From Phoronis australis (taxonomy: Eukaryota > Animalia > Phoronida), in the NCBI GenBank assembly GCA_002633005.1, contig NMRA01000148.1, forward strand, positions 186,001 through 250,000: a stretch of 64,000 nucleotides of DNA, read 5' to 3'. Both the position numbers and the translations under genes were made by a program. The notes under the pieces are model-generated. The model ran no database searches. It was not told the origin of the DNA and saw only the letters and a program-made list of their open reading frames with translations. Each line of letters opens with the position of its first letter. Position 1 is the first letter of the stretch. Positions 1 through 12,800 of this stretch are shown in pieces.

Positions 1-180
1 TATGAATCTTATCTGCCTTTTCGGAGACATGATGTTCCAAAGTCAGCCAAATTTGTAAATTTTTCTAGCCAGGTTCTTACATAACCTCAACTCAGTTCTT
101 GCAAATATAAATCCATCTCCCTGGTTGTTAGCTCGCGTAAATGCTGAAGCCCCATGATCAAGAATTTTGTTATTAAATGC

Positions 181-447
181 CAGTGGCGGATTTAGAGGGG
201 GGCCAAGGGGCCATGCCCCCCCCTAAAATTATCCCAGATTCCATTTGGCATTAGCATATGTGGTGCTCGGGGGCAAATGCACAATGTATAGGCCTTGAAT
301 AAACAGTTTTTAGTGATAAGTTCCACAAACCCAAAAATTTGAGACCCCCCACATCCCCACATTTTGAGCTGGGCGTGCGCTTAAAGTGAAATTCTGTTTA
401 TCTCTGTGCCCTGGCCCCCCTAACTCAAAATCCTGGATCAGCCCCTG
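181..447 (+). mobile_element. hAT-like MITE, 5-bp TSD AATGC
   Basis: TIR CAGTGGCGGAT.../...GGATCAGCCCCTG; AATGC at 176-180 and 448-452. Confidence 0.8.
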
Positions 448-812
448 AATGCCTACACTCAACTGTATGTACACCACTTAATTCTTCTAGTTCTCAAAAT
501 ACAGAAATATGATTGGGCAGGCGATTGTCTTACCAGCAGGGGATGGGAAATCATTAACCACCAGAAATGCTTGCCGTTCCTTGCATTAAAGTTCATTTAA
601 ATTTCATCAAATGCTCTCGAAGTGAAAGCTCTCAGATACAGTGCTCCTGTAATTATCTGTTTTAGTGATATTTTGGTATGTTCATGATTGTGCTATTGCA
701 ATTTATTAATGACTTTTCCTATCTTTGTCAAGGTCATCGTTATTATCACTATAATGTTACTATTATAATTATTATTAGAATAATAAGTGACATGATTACT
801 ACCATGACTTAC

Positions 813-899
813 GTGGCATAAAAGAACACTGTGTTTCCAGGATTTCTGGTTTTGTAGTGGACTACCTTTTCATGGTCTGCTTTTATAGCCTCAACCTTC
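813..899 (-). CDS. MALT1: MALT1 caspase-like domain exon 3
   Basis: KVEAIKADHEKVVHYKTRNPGNTVFFYAT, matching ANIVFGYAT of human MALT1; phase 2-2; tag/gtaagt sites. Confidence 0.85.
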
Positions 900-3800
900 C
901 TAGAAGTAAGAGACAGTTAATTAGGCACCAATAGGTCATTGGATGACAACCAATTTAATGCTTAAGGTACAGTACAAGGCTAAAGTATTCTGACAAAATG
1001 ACCCAGAATTCCCTGTCATGATGGCTGGGTAGACGCTGAATTCATCATAACAGCTGTCTTCCCTCATGATCGAGAATGACAGGAAAGTTAGTAAGGTGGC
1101 TAAGCTATTCTGTAATAAGGATTTTGCCATCCTAACAGTTATCACTTGTCATTTTGCGGCCACGATAGAAAAACGATGTTTTGTTTGATTACTTTTGTCT
1201 TGAACTGTAACTATTGCTTTGAGGAGAGTTGCTAGGCTTTCCAATTTCAAAATTTTGAGTTCAAATCTCACCAGTGCTAAATCTCATAACTCACTTTGTA
1301 TGCTTCAATACGCACTTACTGTTACTGAGTACTGTTACTGAGTACAGTTACTGAGTACTGTTACTGAGTACTGTTACTGAGTACTGTTACTGAATACTGT
1401 TCTTATTTCACGTAATCTTGTACTGCATGTCCAGAACTCATCTCTCCTCTTTTGCAAGGTAGAAAACGCATAATGCAATTGACCTACTTTTCTAAACGTT
1501 AGGTTGCTTAATATACACAGTTGTCATTAATGCTTATGTAATACGTAAATGTATACGTATACCTATTGCAACAGTAAAACAATAAATATAGATTATTACA
1601 TGGCGAAGTCGTTATCCTCCGTTATCTAGAGCCCAGGTGGATTTTGGAGAATTGTCGCCCGAGGGTGATAATTCTCCAAAATTCTCGAGGGCTCTAGATA
1701 AGGGGGATAACGGATGAGAACATGTAATAATCTATTTATACCACATACTAAACGAGAAACATTGCAATGAATTGATTTACCTTTTCTGACTCTCCACGGC
1801 TTTGTAACTAATTTCTATGTCAGAGGCTCGGGGTCGGAGGTCATGACCTTTTAAGAAAAGCCGGGCTATTTTTGTCAAATAATGCTTTTACTCAAAACCA
1901 ATTGAAAACTTAAATATAATAGAAATAAATTGAATTTATAAATTAAGGTTTACTAACTATTATAGCTTAAAACAGTCACGTTTTTTTCACGCTAAGCTTC
2001 GACCAGGAAATTAATATAATTCTCAAGTCAAAGATCCTGACGACACGATACCCGCATTCAAACTAGATCGGTGATTTCCAAGTAAGAGGACATGAGAGAA
2101 AATTTTCACTGAATTAAGGTATCATTTTTATGGAAATTACGTGTCTTTTTTTTGTAACGTATAAGTACAGTACAATGCAGTTTGTTGTACGTGCGATTGT
2201 TGCGCGTGCTCATTTAAGTATTCTATTTTCACTCTTGATGACGTCAGCTGCTGCATGGTGTAGTGGTAAAGTCGGCGATCAGCAATTTTAGGGTCCCGGA
2301 TTCGACTCCGTCCTTGGTTTCCTGCCAAATCGTTATCTCACTAGTGAGATAACTTTATGGGTTATTACACGGTTGTATCTGCCATTCGAGGCTAATACTG
2401 TGGTATAACTAACATTATCATGAAAATGTTAAAAAAAGAGATAATTTCCAAATTATAGTAATATTCACATATTGTAAAACCTGATATCTTTATTTTTCAC
2501 CACTATTTACCAACATTTCTTTAAAACCATTCATTACTTACGTCATAAGTCAATTATTCATGACAACTTCTGTGCCTAGGGATTTCAATTATGGGGAAAA
2601 TTCTTTATCGGCCATTTACAGGCCTCTTGATTTTCTACTCTTTTCAACAATTTTTGTCTGAAGTGGGTGGGTCACTTTGCATGAAATGTTGCATGATTTA
2701 TGTGTACATGGTGGCTGGGGGAGGAGCACCTCAAATTTTACCCTCGAACAACATAGACATCGGCTGTTAAAAATAAAAACTTAGGACATTGTTTTAAAAC
2801 ACATTGTTGAGTGACATCTACATTGTACGATCATGGTAAACCAACACTCTTAGTAGACACAATTCTTTGTGTATTACTATTCTCAGTGTTGACATGAAGT
2901 TGCCTTGAGTTTGTATTGGAAATTCTTGCTCAAAGCATTTCATCAAATTCATCTGAAAATAAGAAAGTGTCATCGCCTCTTTAACAGAAACCTATCTGAC
3001 AAATGTTAGGAAAATCCATCAAGGAACTCCAAAGATACCGGGCAAAACGTATAAAAATAAAATTGCAACTAGGGTGCACAGCAGTAGTCAGATCCAAGTC
3101 GTCGGCAGAGTGGTTTGGTCAAGAGAGAGGTGGACATCGAAAAATAGACTCAAAAACAGTAAAAATAGCCACCACATGGCGCAAAGTACCTTGAATCCCT
3201 TCTATAACAGGAAGGTATCGTCTACCTAATAGATACCTATTTGCCAAATTTTATGAAATCCGTTAAAAAATAAAAATGTCACTGGGGGGGCACACCGATA
3301 GTTGGATCCATTCGAAAATTTGCTCCAGCTATCCTATCCATGGTAGAAATATATCTGCAAAATTTCATGAGCATCCATCCAGGGGTTTTGGAGTAATTGG
3401 AGATACAGCAGCGAACTCTGAACAGACGTAACGTGTAAGCATAAACAAGACAGACCATTGGTTATTCCTCGAGACCAGTATAAAACGACATGCCGTGTCA
3501 TGCCAACTTATTGAGCCTGGTCTCAAACAAAAAAATATCTGAGTCACTTTTCATCACGTCAAGACCAATTTAAAATTGAAAGAGGTTAGAATGAAAAGTT
3601 TGCCATTTTGGCAGGATCTATGGTACTTATAGGCCTAACTCTTAAAAATAACTTACTCCATACGGCAGTTATCTAGAATGAAAACAATGAGAGATGGTTT
3701 CTTGGCTTGCATGTCCCTAAGAACTTTCTCCGCACAGATGCTGTCAGACACTTTGAAGCCATGGTGTGCATCAACGGCCATCAGATAGGTCTGTCTCTGC

Positions 3801-6800
3801 AGAGAGAATCCATGTCCACCAAAATAGAACACCCCTGTTAAGAGAAATCGTGTTTTGGTCATGTGTGCGTCAGTCTTTACGCAAGACCTGAGAGAACATG
3901 GAAAAACATTTTGTGGTTTGAGTTCTTACTAATTGCTAACAATTTACTGTAAAGCCTCCTCAATGTGATAAGGCACAAAAATATTTGAGATAAGACACAC
4001 TTATGTTTAATGGTGGACAATACAGAGTGCCTTAGTAAAACCCTCAGAGGATAAAATAAACTCAGAAAATTATACTTTTTCATGGATTTTATACATAAAA
4101 AACAACCAGCTGGCTAAACAAGTGCCTCAGCCAATGTCAAGTCTTTCACGCAGTAGTGCACTTTTTAAACCATTTAACTACAAACTAAGAGACTTGTAAG
4201 GATTGCTCGTTACTCTTATAGATTTGCCTTAAGGTTTTAACTCAATAGACCATCTTCCTTCAATTTAAGCATTAAGGACGACTGTACTCACCATAAACAC
4301 CTTCCATGAGAAGATCGCAGAAGAATTCAATACAAAATTCCATCTCAGCCAAGGACAGGTTGATGAGTGCTACAACCTTGAAGCCAAGCTCTGTGAACAT
4401 CTTTGACAACTGCTCAATGTCCGTGGGCACACCATCCAGGTTACTATTATTTGTGTATTTGCTGTTGCCAATCAGAAGAGCCACTTTGTCGGTGGCCTTA
4501 AAACAGGGTTGGGATACTTGATTTTCTACAAATAATCATTTCTAATTAAAGTGGTCCGAACAGCTTCACATGCATTGCTTTTTGCAAGTAACCACAAGTA
4601 TCAATATTTAGAGAAATATTGGAAACAAGCTGTGAAATAATCATTAGCGTCAATGCAATGCACTATAATTTCGCTACAGTAGATGAGGGGGTCCAAAGAG
4701 GTATGCTCACCTCACATACTATGACAATCTGACCACAGAGACCATTTAGTAGAAATAAACTCCAGTAAACCACACTTCGGACAAAAATTATTGCCGAGAC
4801 TGATCTTTGGCAATTTCCAGAACATATATACATGTAACATCATTGTGAAAGCCACAGTTGCTCAACAAACAGATTCTTGCATAATATATTGCTGGCAAAA
4901 ATCTCTTGGGACAGAATTTCTCTTTGAATAGAATGAATAAAGCAACATAACGTGGTACAATGTCTCCTTTCTATCTTTCTGCTGCAGAGATGCAACAACA
5001 GCAGCAGGGGCCTGTTTCATTTATTTTTTTTGCACAGTGTCTAAACAGAGACTTGTAACCCATTGCTAAGTTTGGGTGCAAGGCTCCATTCAGACTCTGT
5101 GAAAAAAATGCCGTAAAGTTATGACATTTTAGTGAAACATTCCAAAGTACTCTATCTAAAGCTTACCAATGGACAAATTAGCACTTCTGGTCTGGCATCG
5201 TCCAAACATGTTTGTAACCACGCAATAGTACACACCACCAAACGACGCACTTGCTTTGGGAATCTAGAGAGTAAAGAGAGTAATAGATGCATGCAGTACT
5301 TAGGCTAATACTCAAAGAGTGAGCACATAGGCGGATTTAGGGTCCCCCCCCTTTGGCTGCCGCAAAAAATAAAACAGCAAGAGCGTAGGAAAAGTTTATT
5401 AATTAAAATCGGTAATTAAAATTATACGGGTGAAACAAGAGTTAAATGTGTGCAGTTTTAGTGTTTGGGGGGGGGGGCTCAGATCCAATTTCAAATGTTA
5501 AATTCGGAACACGGTGCATTCGTAACGGAGCTATGGCTAAGTATAGGCTCTCCCGCGATATCCCAGGCGACCGGCAGTGGCGCTGCGCACTACGACTCCG
5601 TTTCCGTCGTCTGCTTCACTGTGCAATGAAGAAAATTTACTTCATTTTTTAAAGAAAATGGAACCTGAGTGACGATGAAAAAACAGAAGCTGCTGATAAG
5701 ATGTGAATTTTAATCGAAGCCTCAGTGAATCACTCAGAAACTCATAATTCTCTCTTTCTCAAACCTTAACTTAAGATGATTTCCAAAGCAATCCCGTCAT
5801 TATTGCCAACACGAAAAACGGATTTGGTCTTTTGGGCATTTGAAGACTATTTTAAATACAACAAATTTGTTAAGAACCGATTGCACAAAATATAAAACAT
5901 GTAATAAGCATTACAAAAAGAAGTAGGTTTCGCACGCAAACGCTGTGGACCATAAACAAGTAGGTCTCTTGTTATAAGGTTCGTAGCTAAGTCGTGGTGG
6001 TGTAGTGGTAAAGCACGCGCGCTCTATCCGTCAGGTCGTGAGTTTGAGTCTCTGGTACTTGCAGGTTTTCCTGTATGATTCGTTCTCCTTCTTTTTTGCC
6101 TGTTTTTCTTGGATAATACTTCAGGAACCAAGGAAAATGCTTGATTTTTAGAAGAAAAAACAGAAAAATTTCCTGGGCGGGAGGGGAGCCCCCTCCCGAC
6201 CTCCCCCCATTCCGTGCTATGCGCATCTACAATCGTGGTTTGCGCAAATGCTTATAGCCGGACAAAATGTTGGGCCCCCCCTTGTGATATCCTAGATCCG
6301 CCACTGGAGCATACTACATCTCTAGATTTAAAGTGACCGAAAAACCTCGTGGAATATACTTTTCTGAATGTTGGCTCTTGACCTTTGTTTTAGGCCATAA
6401 TTAATGGCGCATACACCAAATTATACTAGAAGAACTAAATGGGACTAAGCAATCATGGAAAGCGAACCTAGGAAAACAATAACGACAAAGCTCATTATAT
6501 GATACAACACATTTCACCCGAATATAATGACAAGCCCAGGCATTTCATTTCAATTCGGAGATAAAAATGCAGCACTAACAAATAAAACTTGAATAAGATC
6601 ATATTCTAGGGTGGCAATCAAACACATGCCGCAGAACTTTTACCACCGTGAGAAAACTTTACCATCTGAGAGGATCACTTAGGACTCTCGACAAAACACT
6701 TAGCACAAAATGCAAGAACTTTAGCTGCACACAAAAAGCTTTACCATGGGAACTGAACTACGACCTCACATAGGCACAATTGTCATGCATCACAAAGTTC

Positions 6801-9800
6801 TGCACTGAAAATCCTGCATGGTAAAAGCTCCTTGTTGTGGTTAGTTTTGGTGGTACACATTACAAGTTTTGTAAAGAATAGTAAGGGTTCTGCTGCTGTG
6901 GTAATGTCACTACTCCAGGGTAAGTATTCAACTTCAAGTGGTAAGGGTTATATTACCAATCGGGACCATTCTATTCATAGTGCTCATGAAATTCTACATT
7001 GATTGATATCTGCAATGATGCAAATTCATTCCTCAAGTAAAAAATTAAAGTAAAATTATACTCAAAATTGATAATGGATAAACGTCCCAAGAGATAGTAA
7101 GACAACAATAATTGCACTTGATTGACTTTGGCAGTTCCACCGGGTTGGCTAAGACATTTGATTGGTTCTCGACAACAACTTGTGGTTTACAGCCTAGCTA
7201 TAGACGTCTTAGTCAGTTTACTTGGTGGGTGAAACCATTCTCAATTCAGAAAGATTGGAGTAATCACCTCTCTATTAATTAAGAAATTATTGTTTAAACT
7301 GGGGTAATAAAAGAATTAGACCAGAACTAACCCACCCTTGCGGAAAGGCTCTCACGACATTTGGGAGGAAAATCTGAAACATTACCATTTTGCTAATTTG
7401 TTTGTAAAAATTTAAAATTTAGAAAATAACGTACAAAGTAATCTGGACCAGTGGCACCATCTACTGGCTGGTTATTGAGATACCATTGATAACGAGGCTC
7501 AGGTCTGGCAAAGGCGGAGCAGGATAACTTGACGGGCTGATTTGGTAAGACAATTGTGTCACTTGGTTCGCTCAATATCCTGGGGATGAAACCTGAAAGA
7601 ATAAAAGGCTTGATCATTGTGTATTGTCAGAGAACATTACTTACAGAGCCATGTGGAACTGATCACTGCAAGCATCCAAAGTGTGACTGTTGCGATACAT
7701 TACAGACAGAACTACACATAACAGAGTACTGTTACAGTAATAAATTGAAATTTAATGTGTAATCAGACATACATTAAGCAAGCATTCCCCCTGAGATCCT
7801 TTAGGACAGATTGCCTCACAATAGGGACATACATTTAGCAAGCACTCCCCCTGAGAACCTTTAGGACAGATTGCCTCACAATAGGGACATACATTTAGCA
7901 AGCACTTCCCCTGAGAACCTTTAGGACAGATTGCCTCACAATAGGGACATAACGGATTACACAGTAACACTCAAACTTTGCTGTATTTACCAACAATGTC
8001 GCAATTTCTGTCTAGTACTACCGTAGCCTAATTTTCATGCCATTCAAGTTCTACATGGTCTTTGTTTTAATTTTATTCTTCACATCAAGTTTTTCTCGGT
8101 CACATCACTCTATTCATCCTTTCAATGCTAACAATGAATTACTGCTGTGCTACTCTCTGCAACTCCAACGAGGAAAATATCTGTGGATGGATGATGATAA
8201 GTTGATCACCTTTCTGACAAGAAAATGCAGAGAGAGTTTGACGGATTAAGTTTGAACCAAACAGAGAAACCCTTTCCTGAAGTGACCTTTCAATTTCTAT
8301 TTTTAAACAACTGAAATCAGGAACATCCACATTCATACACCTTGACAGTTTCCAACATGACATGTGAAAATATGCCTGACATTTTAGAATGTGGTCAATG
8401 AAAATAACACGCTTTCTTACCTCAGGGACAAAGGAGAGTTCTACTGCTGTGTAATCAGGGATGACCCTATTGCAGAGCTTGATTGACTTCTCAGGTTGAC
8501 ATTTTAAAATGTGGTCAATGAAAATAACACGCTTTCATACCTCAGGGACAAAGGAGAGTTCTACTGCTGTGTAATCAGGGATGACCCTATTGCAGCGCTT
8601 GATTGACTTCTCAGGTTTCACCGGGTCAAGCGGCAATGACATCCGCTTGGTCTGAAAGTTGGAAGTCGCCATAGAAACCAATCAGATGTATTAGGCAGTT
8701 GACCTGGAGGAACTGGTGAAGTCAGTCAAGCAGAGCCAATGAAATGCATGGAGGTAATTAATCTTACCTGGTTTTGGATCTACAATGACTAGGCACTTGT
8801 CCGTGAATCTCACAGAGGACACGTTGCCATTATAAATCCTGCAACAATAACGGCCACTGTTTTCCACCCTGAAATAAATGACATCATTTCTAATGAGAAA
8901 CCCACACAAAAAGTTTGGCCACTCCTCATTCATGAAAACATTATGTTGTGATATGTGCACTGCCAGGCAAAACTTAGTAAGAACTGTTCAATACCTCCTT
9001 AACTACCAGAGTACTGATAACACAGATGTTGATTCACTAACAGACAAATGCAGTTTACCTTCCCATGGAAAAATAACATTCTAATTCCTACAAAATAACA
9101 CAAAAATCCACTGTTTCCTTTTTGACAAATTACAACATACCAGTTGCATGCATAATAAAAATTATCAAAATTCTTATGCTCACAGAATTCATTGGCCAAG
9201 TGTGAGTAAATACACGACATGGACTGCTATGTCACAAATATGGAATCCAATGTTCCGTGTCAAAAACACTAATTTTTTGAATAAGACAATAAAACCTGTT
9301 CATTGTAGACTCTGATAAGATCTCTGTGATTTCTGAAAAATTTGTTGTTGCTGAAGATTTAACTTCAGGAGACAGTGTGGCTCATGGGTTTGAGCTAGGG
9401 ACTTCTGTTTGGGAGACCTGGCTTCAAATCCCGGCTTCACTGGCTGACAATCAAGCATTGCACAAAGATGTCTCCTATTCCTCTCAGCTTGGTATTAGCA
9501 GTGAATGTGTGCAAGGGAGTGAATGAGAACTAGATATAATGTGAAAGCGATTTCTGGGTCTGTGCTTATATTATTATTATTACTGAACTCAATAAGGTTA
9601 ACATTATGTGTCTCTCTTTTATACGCTCAAAGCAGCTAATTCCATGACCAAACACAAGACGGAGCTACTAGTAGTGACTTCAACGGATTGTTTTTCTTTT
9701 TTGTTTATAACTTTTGAAGACAACACAAGAACTATTAGACTGATATTCAGCCACAAGTGAAAACAGTACTACATAGAACATAATATGGCAGAATAGTGGA

Positions 9801-12800
9801 ATGCTTTACTTTGTCAAAATTTTCAACAAAAACAATCAGGAAGAAAAGTGCTCAGTATTTGTACAATTACTTATATTCAACAGTTTTGTCATCAATGAAC
9901 ATGTGATGAAACTGCGGCCATTTCAGCAATGTTGTGAGGTTTTGAAAAATGACAACTTTAGCAATTAATTTTGTTCGAATTAGGGGAAATTTTAAAGTTA
10001 CTCATCTTATGTTTTGGAGCACTGCTTCAAGTTCAAAAGGTCAAACACCGCACCTATCTTTCGGAAACTCACTTGGTATTCCGAATAACTAACACCTTGT
10101 CTACGGCGTTTGGAACTTCGTTATTCTCACAAAACCACTGGAAGTGCGGGAACGGAAACCCGGTGGCGTTGCATTCCAGCCGCAGTTCGTCACCTTCTGA
10201 GATCTGTGCCTGGGGTGCAGGGTGCTTCGTGATTTGTGCAGGACCTGAAGAGTGGAGCAAGTTATTACAACAAGAAATTGAATTGCTTATTCACAAAGAA
10301 GTTGATATTTCCCAACAACAGATTACCTGTTAGAACCCATTCATACTAACTAAACTACTGTATGAGAGGAGCATCGACATAAACTGCGAAGTTAGTCAAA
10401 AATTTCATACCACCTTCAGCAGTTAACGGACATCAAATTTAACAGTAGGTGACGCTGTCATCATCGAAATAATAGCAAGATAGTACTGTTGCATTAGATG
10501 ACCTTGACCTAATCTTTCTATACAGCATCAGTGTCAAGCAAATTTCCACTTCACACTATTATTTCCTTACCTGACCTTTTTAATGTGAGGGCTGTTCCAG
10601 TAAAATCTGTATGGGAGGGGGGAAGGCACCTTTTTTCGCACCCACCACCCATATTTTTCATTTATTTCTTCAGCCTACCACCCGTAATTTTTTATACGTT
10701 TGAAATGCAACCACCCGTAATTTATTTTTGTTCTTGTGGTTGACTGCACAGGCGCTTGAGTTTATCTGTTCCTCCATCACCACTAACGTCATTCATTACT
10801 AAGAAAACATATGTTTCTTATATATGGTGATTAGCCATCGAGAAATTCGAGCACCTGTGGTTAAATGGTGTTATGGGCATGCCAATGAGGAGATCGGAGG
10901 GAGTGAAAAAGTCGGAGCTTTTTCTCCATGATAGCAAGTAACAGCATATGTTCACGAAAACAACAACGGATTTAAAACTTGACATGTTTCGGTGTCATTT
11001 ATTAAACACCATCCTCAGAAGTCATAATACAGTGGCCACCTAGCTAGGCCCAGCAACAAGTAATGAAGCACAGATACAGTCAGTTACAGGGAGTGACAAT
11101 GAACTATACCAACAATGACAACCTGTGGTGTGTCAGTTGCCTATTGAGATTGGGCTTGCACCAACTGATATGTAAAGCCTCACGAATTTTAAGCTCCTTT
11201 GTTGTTACTGCCTGGTCTATTATTGCAAAGTCATTGAAAGAGCACTGCTGATAACAATGANCTTCACAAGTTTTTCTCGGTCACATCACTCTATTCATCC
11301 TTTCAATGCTAACAATGAATTACTGCTGTGCTACTCTCTGCAACTCCAACGAGGAAAATATCCGTGGATGCATGATGATAAGTTTATCACCTTTCTGACA
11401 AGAAAATACAGAGAGAGTGGATAAACCAAGTTTGACGGATTAATTTTGAACCAAACAGAGAAACCCTTTCCTGAAGCTACCTTTCAATTTCTATTTTTAA
11501 ACAACTGAAATCAGGAACATCCACATTCATACACCTTTGACAGTTTCCAACATGACATGTGAAAATATGCCTGACATTTTAAAATGTGGCCAATGAAAAT
11601 AACACGCTTTCTTACCTCAGGGACAAAGGAGAGTTCTACTGCTGTGTAATCAGGGATGGCCCTATTGCAGCCCATGATTGACTTCACAGGTTTCACCGGG
11701 TCAAGCGGCAATGACATCTGATTGGTCTGAAAGTTGGAAGTCGCAATAGAAACCAATCAGATGTATTAGGCAGTTGAGCTGGAGGAACTGGCGAAGTCAG
11801 TCAAGCACAGCCAATGAAATGCGTGGAGGTAATTAATCTTACCTGGTTTTGGATCTACAATGACTAGGCACTTGTCCGTGAATCTCACAGAGGACACGTT
11901 GCCATTATAAATCCTGCAACAATAACGGCCACTGTTTTCCACCCTGAAATAAATGACATCATTTCTAATGAGAAACCCACACAAAAAGTTTGGCCACTCC
12001 TCATTCATGAAAATATTATGTTGTGATATGTGCACTGCCAGGCAAAACTTAGTAAGAACTGTTCAATACCTCCTTAACTACCAGAGTACTGATAACACAG
12101 ATGTTGATTCACTAACAGACAAATGCAGTTTACCTTCCCATGGAAAAATAACATTCTAATTCCTACAAAATAACACAAAAATCCACTGTTTCCTTTTTGA
12201 CAAATTACAACATACCAGTTGCATGCATAATAAAAATTATCAAAATTCTTATGCTCACAGAATTCATTGGCCAAGTGTGAGTAAATACACGACATGGACT
12301 GCTATGTCACAAATATGGAATCCAATGTTCCGTGTCAAAAACACTAATTTTTTGAATAAGACAATAAAACCTGTTCATTGCAGGCTCTGATAAGATCTCT
12401 GTGAATTCTGAAAAATTTGTTGTTGCTGAAGATTTAACTTCAGGAGACAGTGTGGCTCATGGGTTTGAGCTAGGGACTTCTGTTTGGGAGACCTGGCTTC
12501 AAATCCCGGCTTCACTGGCTGACAATCAAGCATTGTACAAAGCTGTCTCCTATTCCTCTCAGCTTGGTATTAGCAGTGAGTGTGTGCAAGGGAGTGAATG
12601 AGAACTAGATATAATGTGAAAGCTATTTCTGGGTCTGTGCTTAAATTATTATTACTGAACTCAATAAGGTTGACATCATGTGTCTCTGTTTTATACGCTC
12701 AAAGCAGCTAGTTCCATGACCAAACACAGGACAGAGCTACTAGTAGTGAATTCAACGGATTGTTTGTCTTTTTTGTTTAGAACTTTTGAAGACAACACAA

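Noticed and set aside
70-170. Minus-strand frame DHGASAFTRANNQGDGFIF resembling the next MALT1 exon (CQGAEAFE...NGIF)
   Set aside because: No acceptor AG in the required phase, even after removing the adjacent MITE; probably chance. The true exon likely lies left of the window
2252-2320. Functional tRNA gene
   Set aside because: A and B boxes present but no intact acceptor stem or cloverleaf; embedded in a repeat
2815-2955. Open minus-strand stretch after a ttttcag acceptor in a MALT1 intron
   Set aside because: Joining in the required phase gives an immediate TGA; the 899-813 exon fits instead
7752-7970. Cys-rich repeat ORF (CPYCEAICPKG)n resembling a ferredoxin or metallothionein
   Set aside because: Translation of an intronic 60-bp minisatellite; no splice or start support
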